Of a stretch of 64,000 bases of DNA, positions 21,249 to 31,144 are shown piece after piece. The DNA comes from Nitrospirota bacterium. GTDB lineage: Bacteria > Nitrospirota > UBA9217. The stretch lies in assembly GCA_963754875.1 (NCBI GenBank), contig CAVWHO010000005.1:68167-132166 (forward strand). Direction: 5' to 3'. Every line of letters begins with the position of its first letter. Positions within the stretch are counted from its first letter, which is position 1. A program made the position numbers and the translations under genes. The notes beneath the pieces were generated by a model. It ran no database searches. It had not been told where the DNA came from and was given only the letters and a program-made list of their open reading frames with translations.

Positions 21249-21983
21249 TCAATCTGTTTCTCTTGCCAGTTTGTGATTTTCGGACCGCGACTTCAGCCGC
21301 TGTATGGCGCGGATTCTCCGTAACCAGTGCTCAATTTGCCCTCGGTAAACCATCGTCATAAAAATGAAAACGATACTCACGCCGACGAGAGTAAAAAGCG
21401 CCCGGTAGTCGGCTGCCCGGAAAAAAGCGCCGCCAAGCGTCAGCAACGTAGTGCCGAGCAGACGGCCCAGCGTGGAAACGAAAAGAAAAGCCGCTAGACC
21501 CATGTGCCCCAGGCCGAGCAGATAGCAAAAATAATCTTTGGGAAATCCGGGGACAATGAACAGCAAGAATGCGAGGAATAGGCCCTTATGTTTCATTACA
21601 TAATCGTACCGTTTGATCGTCTCCGCATCAATCAGGGCTTCAACCAGCGGCCGGCCAACTGCCCGACCGAGCCAAAATGCAGCCCATGACCCAAGGGTGA
21701 GCCCCATGGTCGAATACACAATCCCCCAGAACGTTCCAAAAAGCATACCCCCGGCAAAACCCGTTACCTCTCCCGGGATCGGTGCAAGAACGACTTGCAA
21801 CGCCTGCATGCCTATAAAAATGATTACTGCGTAGGTCCTGTGGTCCTCAATGAATTTAAGCAACCGGTGTCTGTCCGTGAAGAGGTCGAGCAGTCCCAAG
21901 ACATACAGCACGTAGATAAGAAGCGCCATGACTGCGATAAAGATGGAGAGACTGGCAATGGATTTTTTATTCAACGTAATCAT
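21249..21983 (-). CDS. TVP38/TMEM64 (DedA/SNARE-associated) membrane protein
   Basis: QVVLAPIPGE..GFAGG..FG, FIVPGFPKD, GRLLG. Confidence 0.9.
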   Translation of the reverse strand: MITLNKKSIASLSIFIAVMALLIYVLYVLGLLDLFTDRHRLLKFIEDHRTYAVIIFIGMQALQVVLAPIPGEVTGFAGGMLFGTFWGIVYSTMGLTLGSWAAFWLGRAVGRPLVEALIDAETIKRYDYVMKHKGLFLAFLLFIVPGFPKDYFCYLLGLGHMGLAAFLFVSTLGRLLGTTLLTLGGAFFRAADYRALFTLVGVSIVFIFMTMVYRGQIEHWLRRIRAIQRLKSRSENHKLARETD

Positions 21984-22003
21984 CGGGGGTAAGATCGAGA
22001 GAA

Positions 22004-22294
22004 CTATTTCTTGAACAGCCTCTCAAGGGCCTTATGTGCGTTTTTTATCTCTGTGCCCGCGGTTTGGTCAGTCGGTCTCGACTCCGCAAACACGAAAAAA
22101 TCACAGTAATTTGTCCTGGATTTCCCGTTCACCAGTTCTGCAACAGGTTCTCGGCATTGCTTCGAGATATGAGAATCAAAAAAAGAGCAGTTGAGACAGC
22201 AATGAAGGTCGGTACCGCAGGAAGGGCAGGTTTCCTTTCTGCCCGGGTTTCTGCCGATGGACAACTCTTTTTTGCAGGCATGGCAGGTTATCAC
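22004..22294 (-). CDS. Small Cys-rich (zinc/Fe-S binding) hypothetical protein
   Basis: GTG start; CxxC...CxxC...CCxxC...C...CDFF; ends ALERLFKK. Confidence 0.75.
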   Translation of the reverse strand: MITCHACKKELSIGRNPGRKETCPSCGTDLHCCLNCSFFDSHISKQCREPVAELVNGKSRTNYCDFFVFAESRPTDQTAGTEIKNAHKALERLFKK

Positions 22295-22673
22295 GATTGG
22301 TATAATAGCGTATTGGAAGAATGATAACAAGCCGAAAATGCCGGATAAGCCAGGCAACTGGGGCATAGTACATTTTATACTTATTCTTTATGTTTATCGG
22401 TCGAAAAATTTTTCGTACCTTCAACTGCTTATTGCCCTCCGTCAAAAATTCTTTTTTTTGAGGAGAAGCTCTGTTCTTTCTAATCAATGACTGAATCTAT
22501 CTCGTGTTCGTACTTTTTTTGCCTCGTTTAGTCACGGGTAATCCACAGTTAATTTTTTATGGAAGCAAATTACAATTATTTCTGCTATACTTGGAGAAAT
22601 TTCTGCTCTTTTTGTTTTTTCTGTTTTATTTATATTTTCACATTCTTTTACTCCAGAGAAGGGGGGACCGCGC

Positions 22674-22964
22674 ATGAGTAAGAAAATCATTGTAGAAAAT
22701 CTGCCGTCCGATATAACCGAGGAGAGTCTCAAAAATATTTTTAGCCAGATAGGTGCTGTCGAATCGGTCAGGATTAATACAGATCTCCTGTCCAGACGTC
22801 CAAAGGGTTCCGGCTATGTAGAAATGTCTCTAGATGTCGATGCTTTCCGTGCGGTAAATTGCTTCAACGGCGCTTCATTTAAAGATAAAAAAGTATCTCT
22901 CAAGGAAGCGCGACCGTTAGTCGAACAGGCTAAGCATATTTTAAAGCATGCTATTCTGCCATAG
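22674..22964 (+). CDS. RRM (RNP-1) RNA-binding protein
   Basis: KIIVENL..DITEESL..IFSQIG, RPKGSGYVEM, KEARP. Confidence 0.88.
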   Translation: MSKKIIVENLPSDITEESLKNIFSQIGAVESVRINTDLLSRRPKGSGYVEMSLDVDAFRAVNCFNGASFKDKKVSLKEARPLVEQAKHILKHAILP

Positions 22965-23393
22965 GTCTGGAATTTTGGCTAATTAATCAGAAAAAGATAA
23001 AAAGTGGAGTGCTCAGTCATAACCGGAAGCTTATATCATATTAACCATCTTTTTTCCTGATTTAGCGGCATTTTCCGCCTAATTTTCATACTGACCATTT
23101 TTCCGTTCCCCCTGAATCGCCACTTTTATAATACTATATTATGATTTTTTCTTTTTTCTCGCCTTACGCTTCTTTTTCCTTGCCCCTTTGCTCCCAGCGT
23201 TCATGTGCGATATTTTGATTGCTATGCTGAGGTAGTGGAAAAGCATTTGAGCAGGGAGAGGGATTCGGCTCAATCTCGTGTTAAGCATTCATTGTTTTAT
23301 TCGAGATGAGAAGATGCTGATTTTCGCGGTTTTCGCATGGGAAATGAAGTATTGTTGGAATATGGTATACTGGAAGCAAGAGAGGTTAACATT

Positions 23394-23798
23394 ATGTCGT
23401 TCATCGAACTACTAGCGGCAATCGGTGTAGTTTCATTTATTATTTATGCGTCGTTCAATATTTTCTATCTTATTGAAATGCGGAAAACGAGTTTTGCTAT
23501 ACGGCAGCTCATTACGCGAGCAGAGGAAAACCTCTATCCCGCGCTTGCAGCAATAAGACATATTTTTGAGGATATCAAGACAGTAACCGATAACGCGGCA
23601 GCTCTCTCAAAGAGCCTACGGGAAGCGGCTGAGGCATTGACCTCAGCGCAGAGTGCGATAAAAAATATGTACCAGTCTTACGAAGAGAATTTAGGCAAAT
23701 CAATGCGCGCGAATGTGTCCGGGCTAAAGGCCGGCATCAAAACAGGGGTTGACACCTTGTTAAGTAACCTCAAAGACAGGAAGGAGGGATTATCATGA
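23394..23798 (+). CDS. DUF948/YoxC-like membrane-anchored coiled-coil protein
   Basis: N-terminal TM then helical repeats; adjacent to a YtxH-like gene; start after GAGGT. Confidence 0.65.
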   Translation: MSFIELLAAIGVVSFIIYASFNIFYLIEMRKTSFAIRQLITRAEENLYPALAAIRHIFEDIKTVTDNAAALSKSLREAAEALTSAQSAIKNMYQSYEENLGKSMRANVSGLKAGIKTGVDTLLSNLKDRKEGLS

Positions 23799-24076
23799 AA
23801 GAAGAACTGATCACAAAAGAGCGTTCCATTTTGGTTCCCTTTTTAGTCGGCGGTGCTGTGGGAGCGGCTCTGGGGCTTTTGTTTGCGCCAAAAGCAGGAA
23901 GGGAAGTGAGAAAACAAATTAAGGATCTCGCAGTTGACGGCAAGGACAAGATCGTTTCTACGGTTGGAAAAACCAGAGAGTTCTATACTGAAGCGATTAC
24001 AGCCGTAAACAGCGCCATCGATGCGGGAAAACAGGCTTACATTCAGGAGCGAGAAAAAGTCGAGATGGCACACTAG
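23795..24076 (+). CDS. YtxH-like protein
   Basis: FLVGGAVGAALGLLFAPKAGREVR signature. Confidence 0.9.
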   Translation: MKEELITKERSILVPFLVGGAVGAALGLLFAPKAGREVRKQIKDLAVDGKDKIVSTVGKTREFYTEAITAVNSAIDAGKQAYIQEREKVEMAH

Positions 24077-24160
24077 CAAGCCTGTTTCGTTAAATGCTGT
24101 ATTTCTGACAACGGACGCTGGGATCCTCCGGCGTACTTTTTTGTTTTAGCCAATATGAGT

Positions 24161-24275
24161 ATTCCGGTCCTAACCGACCCACCATTCCGCTGTTATCCGA
24201 CCCCTGATTCCGTTTTAATCCGACCCACGATTCCGGTGGTATCCGACCCACCATTCCGATTCAATTCGGTCATTC
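24161..24275 (+). repeat. IS21 left-end 23-bp tandem repeats (about 5 copies)
   Basis: ATTCCG-N6-A/TCCGACCC-N3 units at 24161, 24184, 24207, 24230, 24253; inverted copies at about 26716-26787. Confidence 0.88.
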
Positions 24276-24357
24276 GCTAATCCACAAATCGACGCTGGGT
24301 AAATTCTATAAATTCGTATATCCTGCCTCCTTCAAATACGCCTCTGAGGAGATCCGG

Positions 24358-25899
24358 ATGACGAGAGAAAGAATACCTATGCGAACAATCAAAGAAGTCT
24401 TACGCCTAAAATGGTCCTGCGGCCTGGGTCGCCGTGCCATCGCCAAAAGCTGTGGCATCGCCAAGAGCACGGTTATCGAGTATTTGAGGCGAGCAGAGAA
24501 GGCCAGCCTATCATGGCCTCTGCCGGCAGAACTGGACGACGCCGCTCTTGAGCATCTTCTCTTCCCACCTGTAATTCTTTCCGATTCCCCGCGCCCGCTT
24601 CCGGTCTGGGAGGACGTCCACCGCGAGCTTGCACGTAAAAGCGTTACCCTGACGCTTCTGTGGGACGAGTACAAAGCGCAATATCCGGACGGATATCAAT
24701 ATTCTTTCTTCGCGGAACTCTACCGAGCTTATGCAAAAAAGCTCGATATCTCCATGCGCCAGGTGCATTACGCGGGAGAGAAGCTATTTGTAGACTACTG
24801 CGGTCAAACAGTCCCGGTAATCGACAAATCCACTGGAGAGATGCACGACTGCCAGATCTTCGTCGCTGTCTTGGGCGCCAGCAACTTTACATATGCCGAA
24901 GCAACATACACGCAGGGTCTGCCGGACTGGATCGGCTCCCATGTTAGGGCGCTGCAGTTTATCGACGGTGTCCCTGAAATCCTGGTCCCCGACAATCTCC
25001 TCTCCGGCATCACCAAGGCCTGTCGCTATGAGCCAGGCGTCAATCGCACCTATCAAGAGCTTGCGGTTCATTATGGGGCCGCGGTCATTCCGGCCCGTGT
25101 CAGAAAGCCCAAAGACAAAGCGAAAGTAGAAGCCGGGGTCCTCCTGGTGCAGCGGTGGATCCTGGCTGCCCTCAGGAACCGCACCTTTTTCAGCCTTGCA
25201 GAGCTCAATGCCGCTATCCGGGAACTGCTGGATAGACTCAATAACCGGCCCTTCAAGAAGCTCTCCGGCAGCCGTATGGGCCGGTTTTTGGAGATCGATA
25301 AACCGGCACTACAGCCTTTGCCTGCGATTTTCTTCGAATACGCGGAATGGAAAATAAAAAAACGGTCCGGTATCGATTACCATGTCGAAGTCAATGACCA
25401 TTATTACAGCGTACCCTATCAGCTTCGCAATGAATACCTGGATGTACGGCTAACGGAATCGATTGTGGAAGTCTTCTTTCACAACAAACGGGTGGCCTCA
25501 CATATCCGGTCTTATGCCAAGGGAAGACATACGACCCTTGCCGAGCACATGCCGAAGTCCCATCGGGACTATGCTGACTGGACCCCAGAGCGCCTGATAC
25601 GCTGGGCGTCGGAAACCGGCAAATCAACGGCAGAGCTGGTTACGGCCATTCTCGCAAAGAAGCTTCATCCGCAACAAGGCTTTCGCTCCTGCATGGGAAT
25701 CATCACCCTTTCCAAGAAGTTTGGCAAAGAACGCGTTGAGGCTGCCTGCAAAAGGGCACTCGCCATCGGGGGCACCAGCTTCGGAAGCGTCAAATCCATC
25801 CTTCAAACCGGCTTGGACAAAAAGCCATTGCCGGAGTCGAGGCCTGCATCACCGGTGATCACTCACAGCAATATCCGTGGCCGCGAATACTATAACTAA
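24358..25899 (+). CDS. istA: IS21 transposase IstA
   Basis: GEKLFVDYCG, LVPDNL, PARVRKPKDKAKVEAGV, HSNIRGREYY. Confidence 0.95.
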   Translation: MTRERIPMRTIKEVLRLKWSCGLGRRAIAKSCGIAKSTVIEYLRRAEKASLSWPLPAELDDAALEHLLFPPVILSDSPRPLPVWEDVHRELARKSVTLTLLWDEYKAQYPDGYQYSFFAELYRAYAKKLDISMRQVHYAGEKLFVDYCGQTVPVIDKSTGEMHDCQIFVAVLGASNFTYAEATYTQGLPDWIGSHVRALQFIDGVPEILVPDNLLSGITKACRYEPGVNRTYQELAVHYGAAVIPARVRKPKDKAKVEAGVLLVQRWILAALRNRTFFSLAELNAAIRELLDRLNNRPFKKLSGSRMGRFLEIDKPALQPLPAIFFEYAEWKIKKRSGIDYHVEVNDHYYSVPYQLRNEYLDVRLTESIVEVFFHNKRVASHIRSYAKGRHTTLAEHMPKSHRDYADWTPERLIRWASETGKSTAELVTAILAKKLHPQQGFRSCMGIITLSKKFGKERVEAACKRALAIGGTSFGSVKSILQTGLDKKPLPESRPASPVITHSNIRGREYYN

Positions 25900-25916
25900 C
25901 CTCAAAGGAGATCATT

Positions 25917-26657
25917 ATGTTAGCGCATCCCACACTCGACAAGATCGAACAACTCCGTCTTTTTGGCATGGCAAAAGCCCTGCGTGAACAAGTACAGAAT
26001 CAAAAGGCAACTGCCCTAAGCTTCGAGGAGCGCCTTGGGCTCCTCATTGACCGAGAGCTGACTGAACGAGAGAACAGACGACTTGTTACGCGCTTACGAG
26101 CTGCAAAACTGAGAATCTCGGCGTCTGTTGAAGACATCGACTTCCGTCAGCCTCGAGGGCTGGACAAATCGCTCATTCTGTCGCTTGCGTCGAACAAATG
26201 GATTACCGAGCACCACAATCTGCTCATCATCGGCCCGACCGGCGTGGGCAAGAGCTACCTTGCTTGCGCCCTGTCCCATAAGGCCTGCCGGGACGGTCAT
26301 GCCGTCGTGTATCAAAGGCTGCCACGACTCTTGGAAGATCTGGCACTTTCTCATCATGACGGGCGATATCGAAAACTGATGAAGTCTCTTCTTAAAGCAG
26401 ACCTTCTTGTCCTCGACGACTTCGGACTTGCTCCGCTTACGACGGAACAGCAAAGAGATCTTCTGGAAATTATCGAGGACCGCTATGATCGCCGGTCAAC
26501 TCTCATAACTACGCAAATGCCCGTAAAGCACTGGCATGATATCCTGGCCGACCCGACCTTAGCTGACGCTATCATGGATCGTCTGGTACACAATGCTTAC
26601 AAAATAGAACTGAAAGGAGAGTCAATGAGAAAGAGCAAATCATCTATCAAGCGTTGA
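25917..26657 (+). CDS. istB: IS21 helper ATPase IstB
   Basis: GPTGVGKSYLA, LLVLDDFG, ADAIMDRLVH...GESMRK. Confidence 0.95.
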   Translation: MLAHPTLDKIEQLRLFGMAKALREQVQNQKATALSFEERLGLLIDRELTERENRRLVTRLRAAKLRISASVEDIDFRQPRGLDKSLILSLASNKWITEHHNLLIIGPTGVGKSYLACALSHKACRDGHAVVYQRLPRLLEDLALSHHDGRYRKLMKSLLKADLLVLDDFGLAPLTTEQQRDLLEIIEDRYDRRSTLITTQMPVKHWHDILADPTLADAIMDRLVHNAYKIELKGESMRKSKSSIKR

Positions 26658-27035
26658 CAAGTCAAAATCCCTGTGAGATAGTAGCTTCAGCCCAGCGCCT
26701 GGTCAGCCCAATTAGCGGAGGGGTCGCTTTGAAGCGGAACGCGGGGTCGCATAACTTCGGAATCAGGGGTCGGATTCACCGGAATACAAAGCCAATAGTC
26801 GCTCACAATTTCGATCACCTATTAAGGGTCTCCCAGTTAGTCGTTTGTCGCAATAAAAAATTACCCAATAGATCTTAGTAAATATATAAAGTCATGAGAA
26901 AAAACAGCGCACAGGCAGGACGAGCCTTGTGAGGATCCACGCCTTTGAAAGAGATCTTGTGCACAGCGCGGACTCTATTCTGTGTTTAGCCTATCATCTG
27001 CAGTTTGGATAGGGACGAGCGTTAGGGCGGGCTGT

Positions 27036-28334
27036 TCAATGTCTCAGAGAATGTACGTCGAACGACGGAGGCACGGCGAACTCCTGTGCCCGCTTGCAGG
27101 CCGTGTCCGCTACTTCGATCATCTTTTGTTCGCTTTCAATATTTTTGTCGGGAAGGCCTGCGACGCCGATGCTCATGGTGACCTGCGCTGCATCAGGCCA
27201 CGTGAAGGGGTGGGTCGCCACAACTTCGAGCGTCCGCGCCGCCGCCTGCATGGCGTCTGTACGCATCGTGTTCGGGAGCAGTACGATAAACGACTCACCG
27301 GACCACCAAGCAGCGGTGTCCACCTCACGTATGGTTTTCTGAACAAGACCGATGATTGCTTTGACGAGGGCCTCATCAGCCTTGCGTCCCAGCCGACGGC
27401 CATCCAGGTTGATCAGCATACAACTCATTTGCTGCTTGAAGCGGACAGCCCGCTTGAATTCCTTCGAAAACATGGTCTCGAATTGGGGACGTCCAAAGAG
27501 CCCCGTGGCGGGATCGACGACTGAATTGCCCGTTACCCTAAAGGCAAGTATAGGAGACAATACAGCGACGTCGTTTTCAGAATTTAATTCCAGGCCGAGG
27601 TTTAGATCCGATCCTCTCTTCGGGCACTCCTCCTTGCGAGGCGCCGAAGTCCATGACATGTGCGGTTGTGTGGGTTCTGGATCCGGTGCCGGAATGGGCC
27701 GCAGCGACGGCACAGCCTTGAGCGCTGGTCTCCGTTCCCTGTCTTTATCCGGAAGCATAGCCGGCGTTCCTCCTGACGACGGATCCGCCTGGGGGAAGGT
27801 CAGCTGTCCTGTCTTCGATACGAGCTTCAGATCAGGCTTCATTGCTGGCGGGGAGACCGTGGCCAGCGTCGGCTCCGCCTTCTGTCGTGGTGAAAAAGAC
27901 GGTTCCTCTGCCCGCTCCATTTGGGCTCTAACTTCCAGGACCGTAGCAATTCGATCATCAAGTTCGCTCTCCCGGTAAGGCTTCGCGAGATAATCGTCCG
28001 GCCCGAACGCCCCGACGCCGGTACTATCGGGCAGGTACCCGTAGGCAGTGAGCAAGATGATCGGGATTGAGTGCGTGTCCTTACGCTGTCGAAACCGGTG
28101 GCACAAATCGAGGCCCTCAATGTCCGGTAGTGCTACGTCGAGGATGATCAGGTCCACGGTCTTCTTCGCCGCCATCATGAGTGCGGTCAACCCCGACCCG
28201 GCCCAAAAGACCTTGTGGCCCCTCTCCTCAAGATGACGCTTGGTTCCATTCCCCTGCGTCTCCGCGGATTGTATGAGCAGAATAGTCTTCTTTTCCATAA
28301 TTACCGGCCTGTGAAGTCCGTGAACGAGAGCCAT
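27036..28334 (-). CDS. Response regulator with REC domain, Pro-rich linker and degenerate GGDEF domain
   Basis: DLIILDVALPDIEGL...IILLTA...DDYLAKP; DPATGL...WWSGESFIVLLP...VTMSIGVA. Confidence 0.85.
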   Translation of the reverse strand: MALVHGLHRPVIMEKKTILLIQSAETQGNGTKRHLEERGHKVFWAGSGLTALMMAAKKTVDLIILDVALPDIEGLDLCHRFRQRKDTHSIPIILLTAYGYLPDSTGVGAFGPDDYLAKPYRESELDDRIATVLEVRAQMERAEEPSFSPRQKAEPTLATVSPPAMKPDLKLVSKTGQLTFPQADPSSGGTPAMLPDKDRERRPALKAVPSLRPIPAPDPEPTQPHMSWTSAPRKEECPKRGSDLNLGLELNSENDVAVLSPILAFRVTGNSVVDPATGLFGRPQFETMFSKEFKRAVRFKQQMSCMLINLDGRRLGRKADEALVKAIIGLVQKTIREVDTAAWWSGESFIVLLPNTMRTDAMQAAARTLEVVATHPFTWPDAAQVTMSIGVAGLPDKNIESEQKMIEVADTACKRAQEFAVPPSFDVHSLRH

Positions 28335-28573
28335 CCTTCTTCCTTCCTTCGTTAAGCGTAAAGTGACTACCGGGAATACAAAGTACGCGGTTTTTCTTGG
28401 TTTGGCATGTTACCCATAAAAAATACCACAAACCAACATTATATGTCAAGCATTTCGATGGGGTATATTTAGGGTATTCTTTTTCTTAATCAGCCCCGCA
28501 ATATCAGTGGCTTGACCTTACGGTGCCAAGAAAGGCAGGGGCGGGCCGGATTAGATCGGGTCTGGAAGTAGAT

Positions 28574-28610
28574 AAAAAAAGCCCCTGTCTGAAAAATCCA
28601 GCAGGGGCCC
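28574..28610 (-). terminator. Intrinsic terminator after fhs
   Basis: GCCCCTG...CAGGGGC stem then a T7 tract on the minus strand. Confidence 0.75.
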
Positions 28611-28634
28611 TGAATTTTGAGTATTGAATCTGTC

Positions 28635-30398
28635 TTAGAACACGCCCTGGACCTTGCCGGTCTCGACGTCCACATCCACACGGCGGTACGCCGGGTCTGA
28701 CGACGTTCCGGGCATGAGCGTGATGGTTCCGGCAACGGGAACCACGAAACCTGCTCCCTTGTAGGTAAGGATATCGCGGATGCGAAGTCTCCAACCCTTG
28801 GGCACGCCCTTAATGCTCGGGTTGTCCGTGAGCGAGAGGTGGGTCTTGACCATGCAGACACCCATCTTGGCCAGATCCGGATCGGCCTCCATCTTCTTGG
28901 CCTTGGCCTCCGCCTCGGGTGTGTAGTCGACGCCGTCAGCTCCATACACTTCCTTCGCGATCAGCTCGATGCGCTGCCGGAGCGGGGTGCTGAGCTCGTA
29001 CAGGAACTTGAAGTCGTTCTTCTCGTTGCAGGCGTCGATGACTGCATCGGCGAACTCAAGCGCCCCGTCGCCGCCCTTTTCCCAGTGGCGGGAAAGTGCA
29101 ACACGCGCGCCGGCCGCTTCCGCGAGCCTGCGAACCGCCTTGATCTCATTGTCCGTGTCGGTGTAGAACGCGTTGATGCAGACCACGGGATTGATGCCCG
29201 CCTTCTTCACGCTCTTGATGTGGTGGACGAGGTTCTCGCAGCCTTTTTCGACCCAACCCACGTTCTCGCCCTTGTACTCGGCCGGCATGGGTTTGCCCGG
29301 CACGGGAATCGGCGCTCCGCCGTGGCACTTGAGGGCGCGGATCGTGGCCACAACGACGGCGGCATGGGGCTTCAGGCCGGACATGCGGCACTTCAGGTTC
29401 CAGAACTTCTCGAAACCGATATCAGCGGCGAAGCCGGACTCGGTCACGACATAATCGCCGAGTTTGAGGCCAACGCGGTCGGCGATGATTGAAGACTGGC
29501 CGATGGCGATATTCGCGAACGGGCCCGCATGCACGAACACGGGTTGGCCTTCAATGGTCTGGAGCAGGTTCGGATTCAGGGCCTCGACCATCCAGGCAGT
29601 CATAGCTCCATCCACACCCAGATCGGCGGTCGTTACCGGCGTGCCATCCTTGCTGTAGGCAACGACGATCCGGCCCATGCGCTCCCGCATGTCCTTCAAG
29701 TCCCTGGCAACGGCCAGGATCGCCATGACTTCCGAAGACACGGCAATGGCGAAGCCGGACTTCATCATGAAGCCGTTCGACTTTCCGCCCATGCCGATGA
29801 CAATCTCGCGGAGCGACTGGGCGCAGAAGTCGATGATCCACTTCATCTCCACATTGTGGGGGTCGATGTTGAGGCGCTTTAATTTCCTTTTCGCAAGCTG
29901 TTCGTCGTTGTAGTTGAACTCATGCTGCATGCGCGAGGTGAGCGCCACCATCGCCAGATTGTGTGCGTTCATAATGGCGTTAATGTCTCCGGTAAGGCCG
30001 AGCGAAAACGGCGTGAGCGGGATGACCTGTGACAGGCCACCGCCTGCAGCCGAACCCTTGATGTTCATGGTCGGTCCGCCCGAAGGCTGACGGATCGCTG
30101 CGATCACGTTCTTGCCGCGTTTACCGAGGCCCTGCGTGAGGCCGATGGTCGAGGTTGATTTGCCCTCGCCCAAGGGTGTAGGCGTGATGGCCGTCACGTC
30201 GATATACTTGCCGTCCGGCTTTCCCTCAAAGCGCTTCAAAACCTTCTTGAAGTCCACCTTGGCGATGTAGTGGCCGTAAGGCAACAGCTCTTCTTTGGTG
30301 AGCCCCATCTTCTCTGCAATTTCCGCGATCGGCTTCATCCTCTTTTCTGAATCTTCAGCAATTTCCCAGTCCGCATGCTTTGTTGGATCCAGTGCCAT
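28635..30398 (-). CDS. fhs: Formate--tetrahydrofolate ligase
   Basis: [45 protein letters not shown]. Confidence 0.97.
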   Translation of the reverse strand: MALDPTKHADWEIAEDSEKRMKPIAEIAEKMGLTKEELLPYGHYIAKVDFKKVLKRFEGKPDGKYIDVTAITPTPLGEGKSTSTIGLTQGLGKRGKNVIAAIRQPSGGPTMNIKGSAAGGGLSQVIPLTPFSLGLTGDINAIMNAHNLAMVALTSRMQHEFNYNDEQLAKRKLKRLNIDPHNVEMKWIIDFCAQSLREIVIGMGGKSNGFMMKSGFAIAVSSEVMAILAVARDLKDMRERMGRIVVAYSKDGTPVTTADLGVDGAMTAWMVEALNPNLLQTIEGQPVFVHAGPFANIAIGQSSIIADRVGLKLGDYVVTESGFAADIGFEKFWNLKCRMSGLKPHAAVVVATIRALKCHGGAPIPVPGKPMPAEYKGENVGWVEKGCENLVHHIKSVKKAGINPVVCINAFYTDTDNEIKAVRRLAEAAGARVALSRHWEKGGDGALEFADAVIDACNEKNDFKFLYELSTPLRQRIELIAKEVYGADGVDYTPEAEAKAKKMEADPDLAKMGVCMVKTHLSLTDNPSIKGVPKGWRLRIRDILTYKGAGFVVPVAGTITLMPGTSSDPAYRRVDVDVETGKVQGVF

Positions 30399-30556
30399 TC
30401 TGTGCCTCCTCTTTGTTTGAGAAATTTATGTTAACGTATCCTCTTCAATACTGAGTTTGCCCGGTTCACGGTTCCAAGAGGACAGTGAACGCAGCGGCGG
30501 CTACTTAAGCGATTCTCCGGTCCTCCCGAGCGTTGGGATTGCTCGCGTTCTCTCCC

Positions 30557-31015
30557 TCAGTAACTGATCAGGAGTTTCATGAGTTTTTCATTCATGGAGT
30601 GCACATTTTTACTGGCAAGGCGTGCAATGGTCCGCATGATTTTATACATCGTGGCAGGATCGCTTTTTTCGAAAGCCTTGAACTTTTCGGTCGTAAAGAG
30701 ATAGACATCCGTCGCCTCGATTGCTGTCGCATCGGCGCCGTGCGCCTTCTTGTCCTCGATCACTGACAATTCACCGAAGATCTGGTTTTCTGCGAGGATG
30801 GCCAGGGTCTGTTTCCAGCCGTCCGGAGTTTTTTTCGAGATCTCGACCTTTCCCTTCTTCACGAGGTAGATGCCACCCGTCTGCTCGCCCTCACGGAAAA
30901 TCGACTGCCCTTTGGAATAATTCACCACCTCGATCTTCTGCGCAATCATGCCCAGCTCGATGTCGGTCAGGTCGGTAAAGAGTATCTGCTGCTTCAGTTC
31001 TGATTTGTCGGCCAT
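30557..31015 (-). CDS. Stand-alone cyclic-nucleotide-binding (Crp-type) domain protein, no HTH
   Basis: IFREGE..G.IYLVKKGKVEI...FGELSVI; 152 aa ending after the C-helix; GAGGAG RBS. Confidence 0.85.
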   Translation of the reverse strand: MADKSELKQQILFTDLTDIELGMIAQKIEVVNYSKGQSIFREGEQTGGIYLVKKGKVEISKKTPDGWKQTLAILAENQIFGELSVIEDKKAHGADATAIEATDVYLFTTEKFKAFEKSDPATMYKIMRTIARLASKNVHSMNEKLMKLLISY

Positions 31016-31144
31016 TGCTCCTCCTCGATGAGTGTCTGAACGAATTAAAAAAGATGGACGACCGTTCGCATCGCTCACTCAGACGATGGACGCATCCATT
31101 CCTTTATTTTCGTCCTTCGACCCTTCATCCATCATCCCTCGGTT

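Larger units (their letters stand above)
24156..26790 (+). mobile_element. IS21-family insertion sequence
   Basis: istA/istB; ends TGAGTATTCCGG / CCGGAATAC; flanking direct repeat GCCAATA (24149-24155, 26791-26797). Confidence 0.93.

Noticed and set aside
24161..24275. Short regularly spaced repeats resembling a mini-CRISPR array
   Set aside because: The period is only 23 bp with ~6 nt variable parts, inverted copies sit at the other IS end, and there are no cas genes. These are IS21 transposase-binding repeats.
30400..30556. ZTP or THF riboswitch upstream of fhs
   Set aside because: Consensus elements of either class were not recognisable; only generic stems and the short motif shared with the fdh leader.
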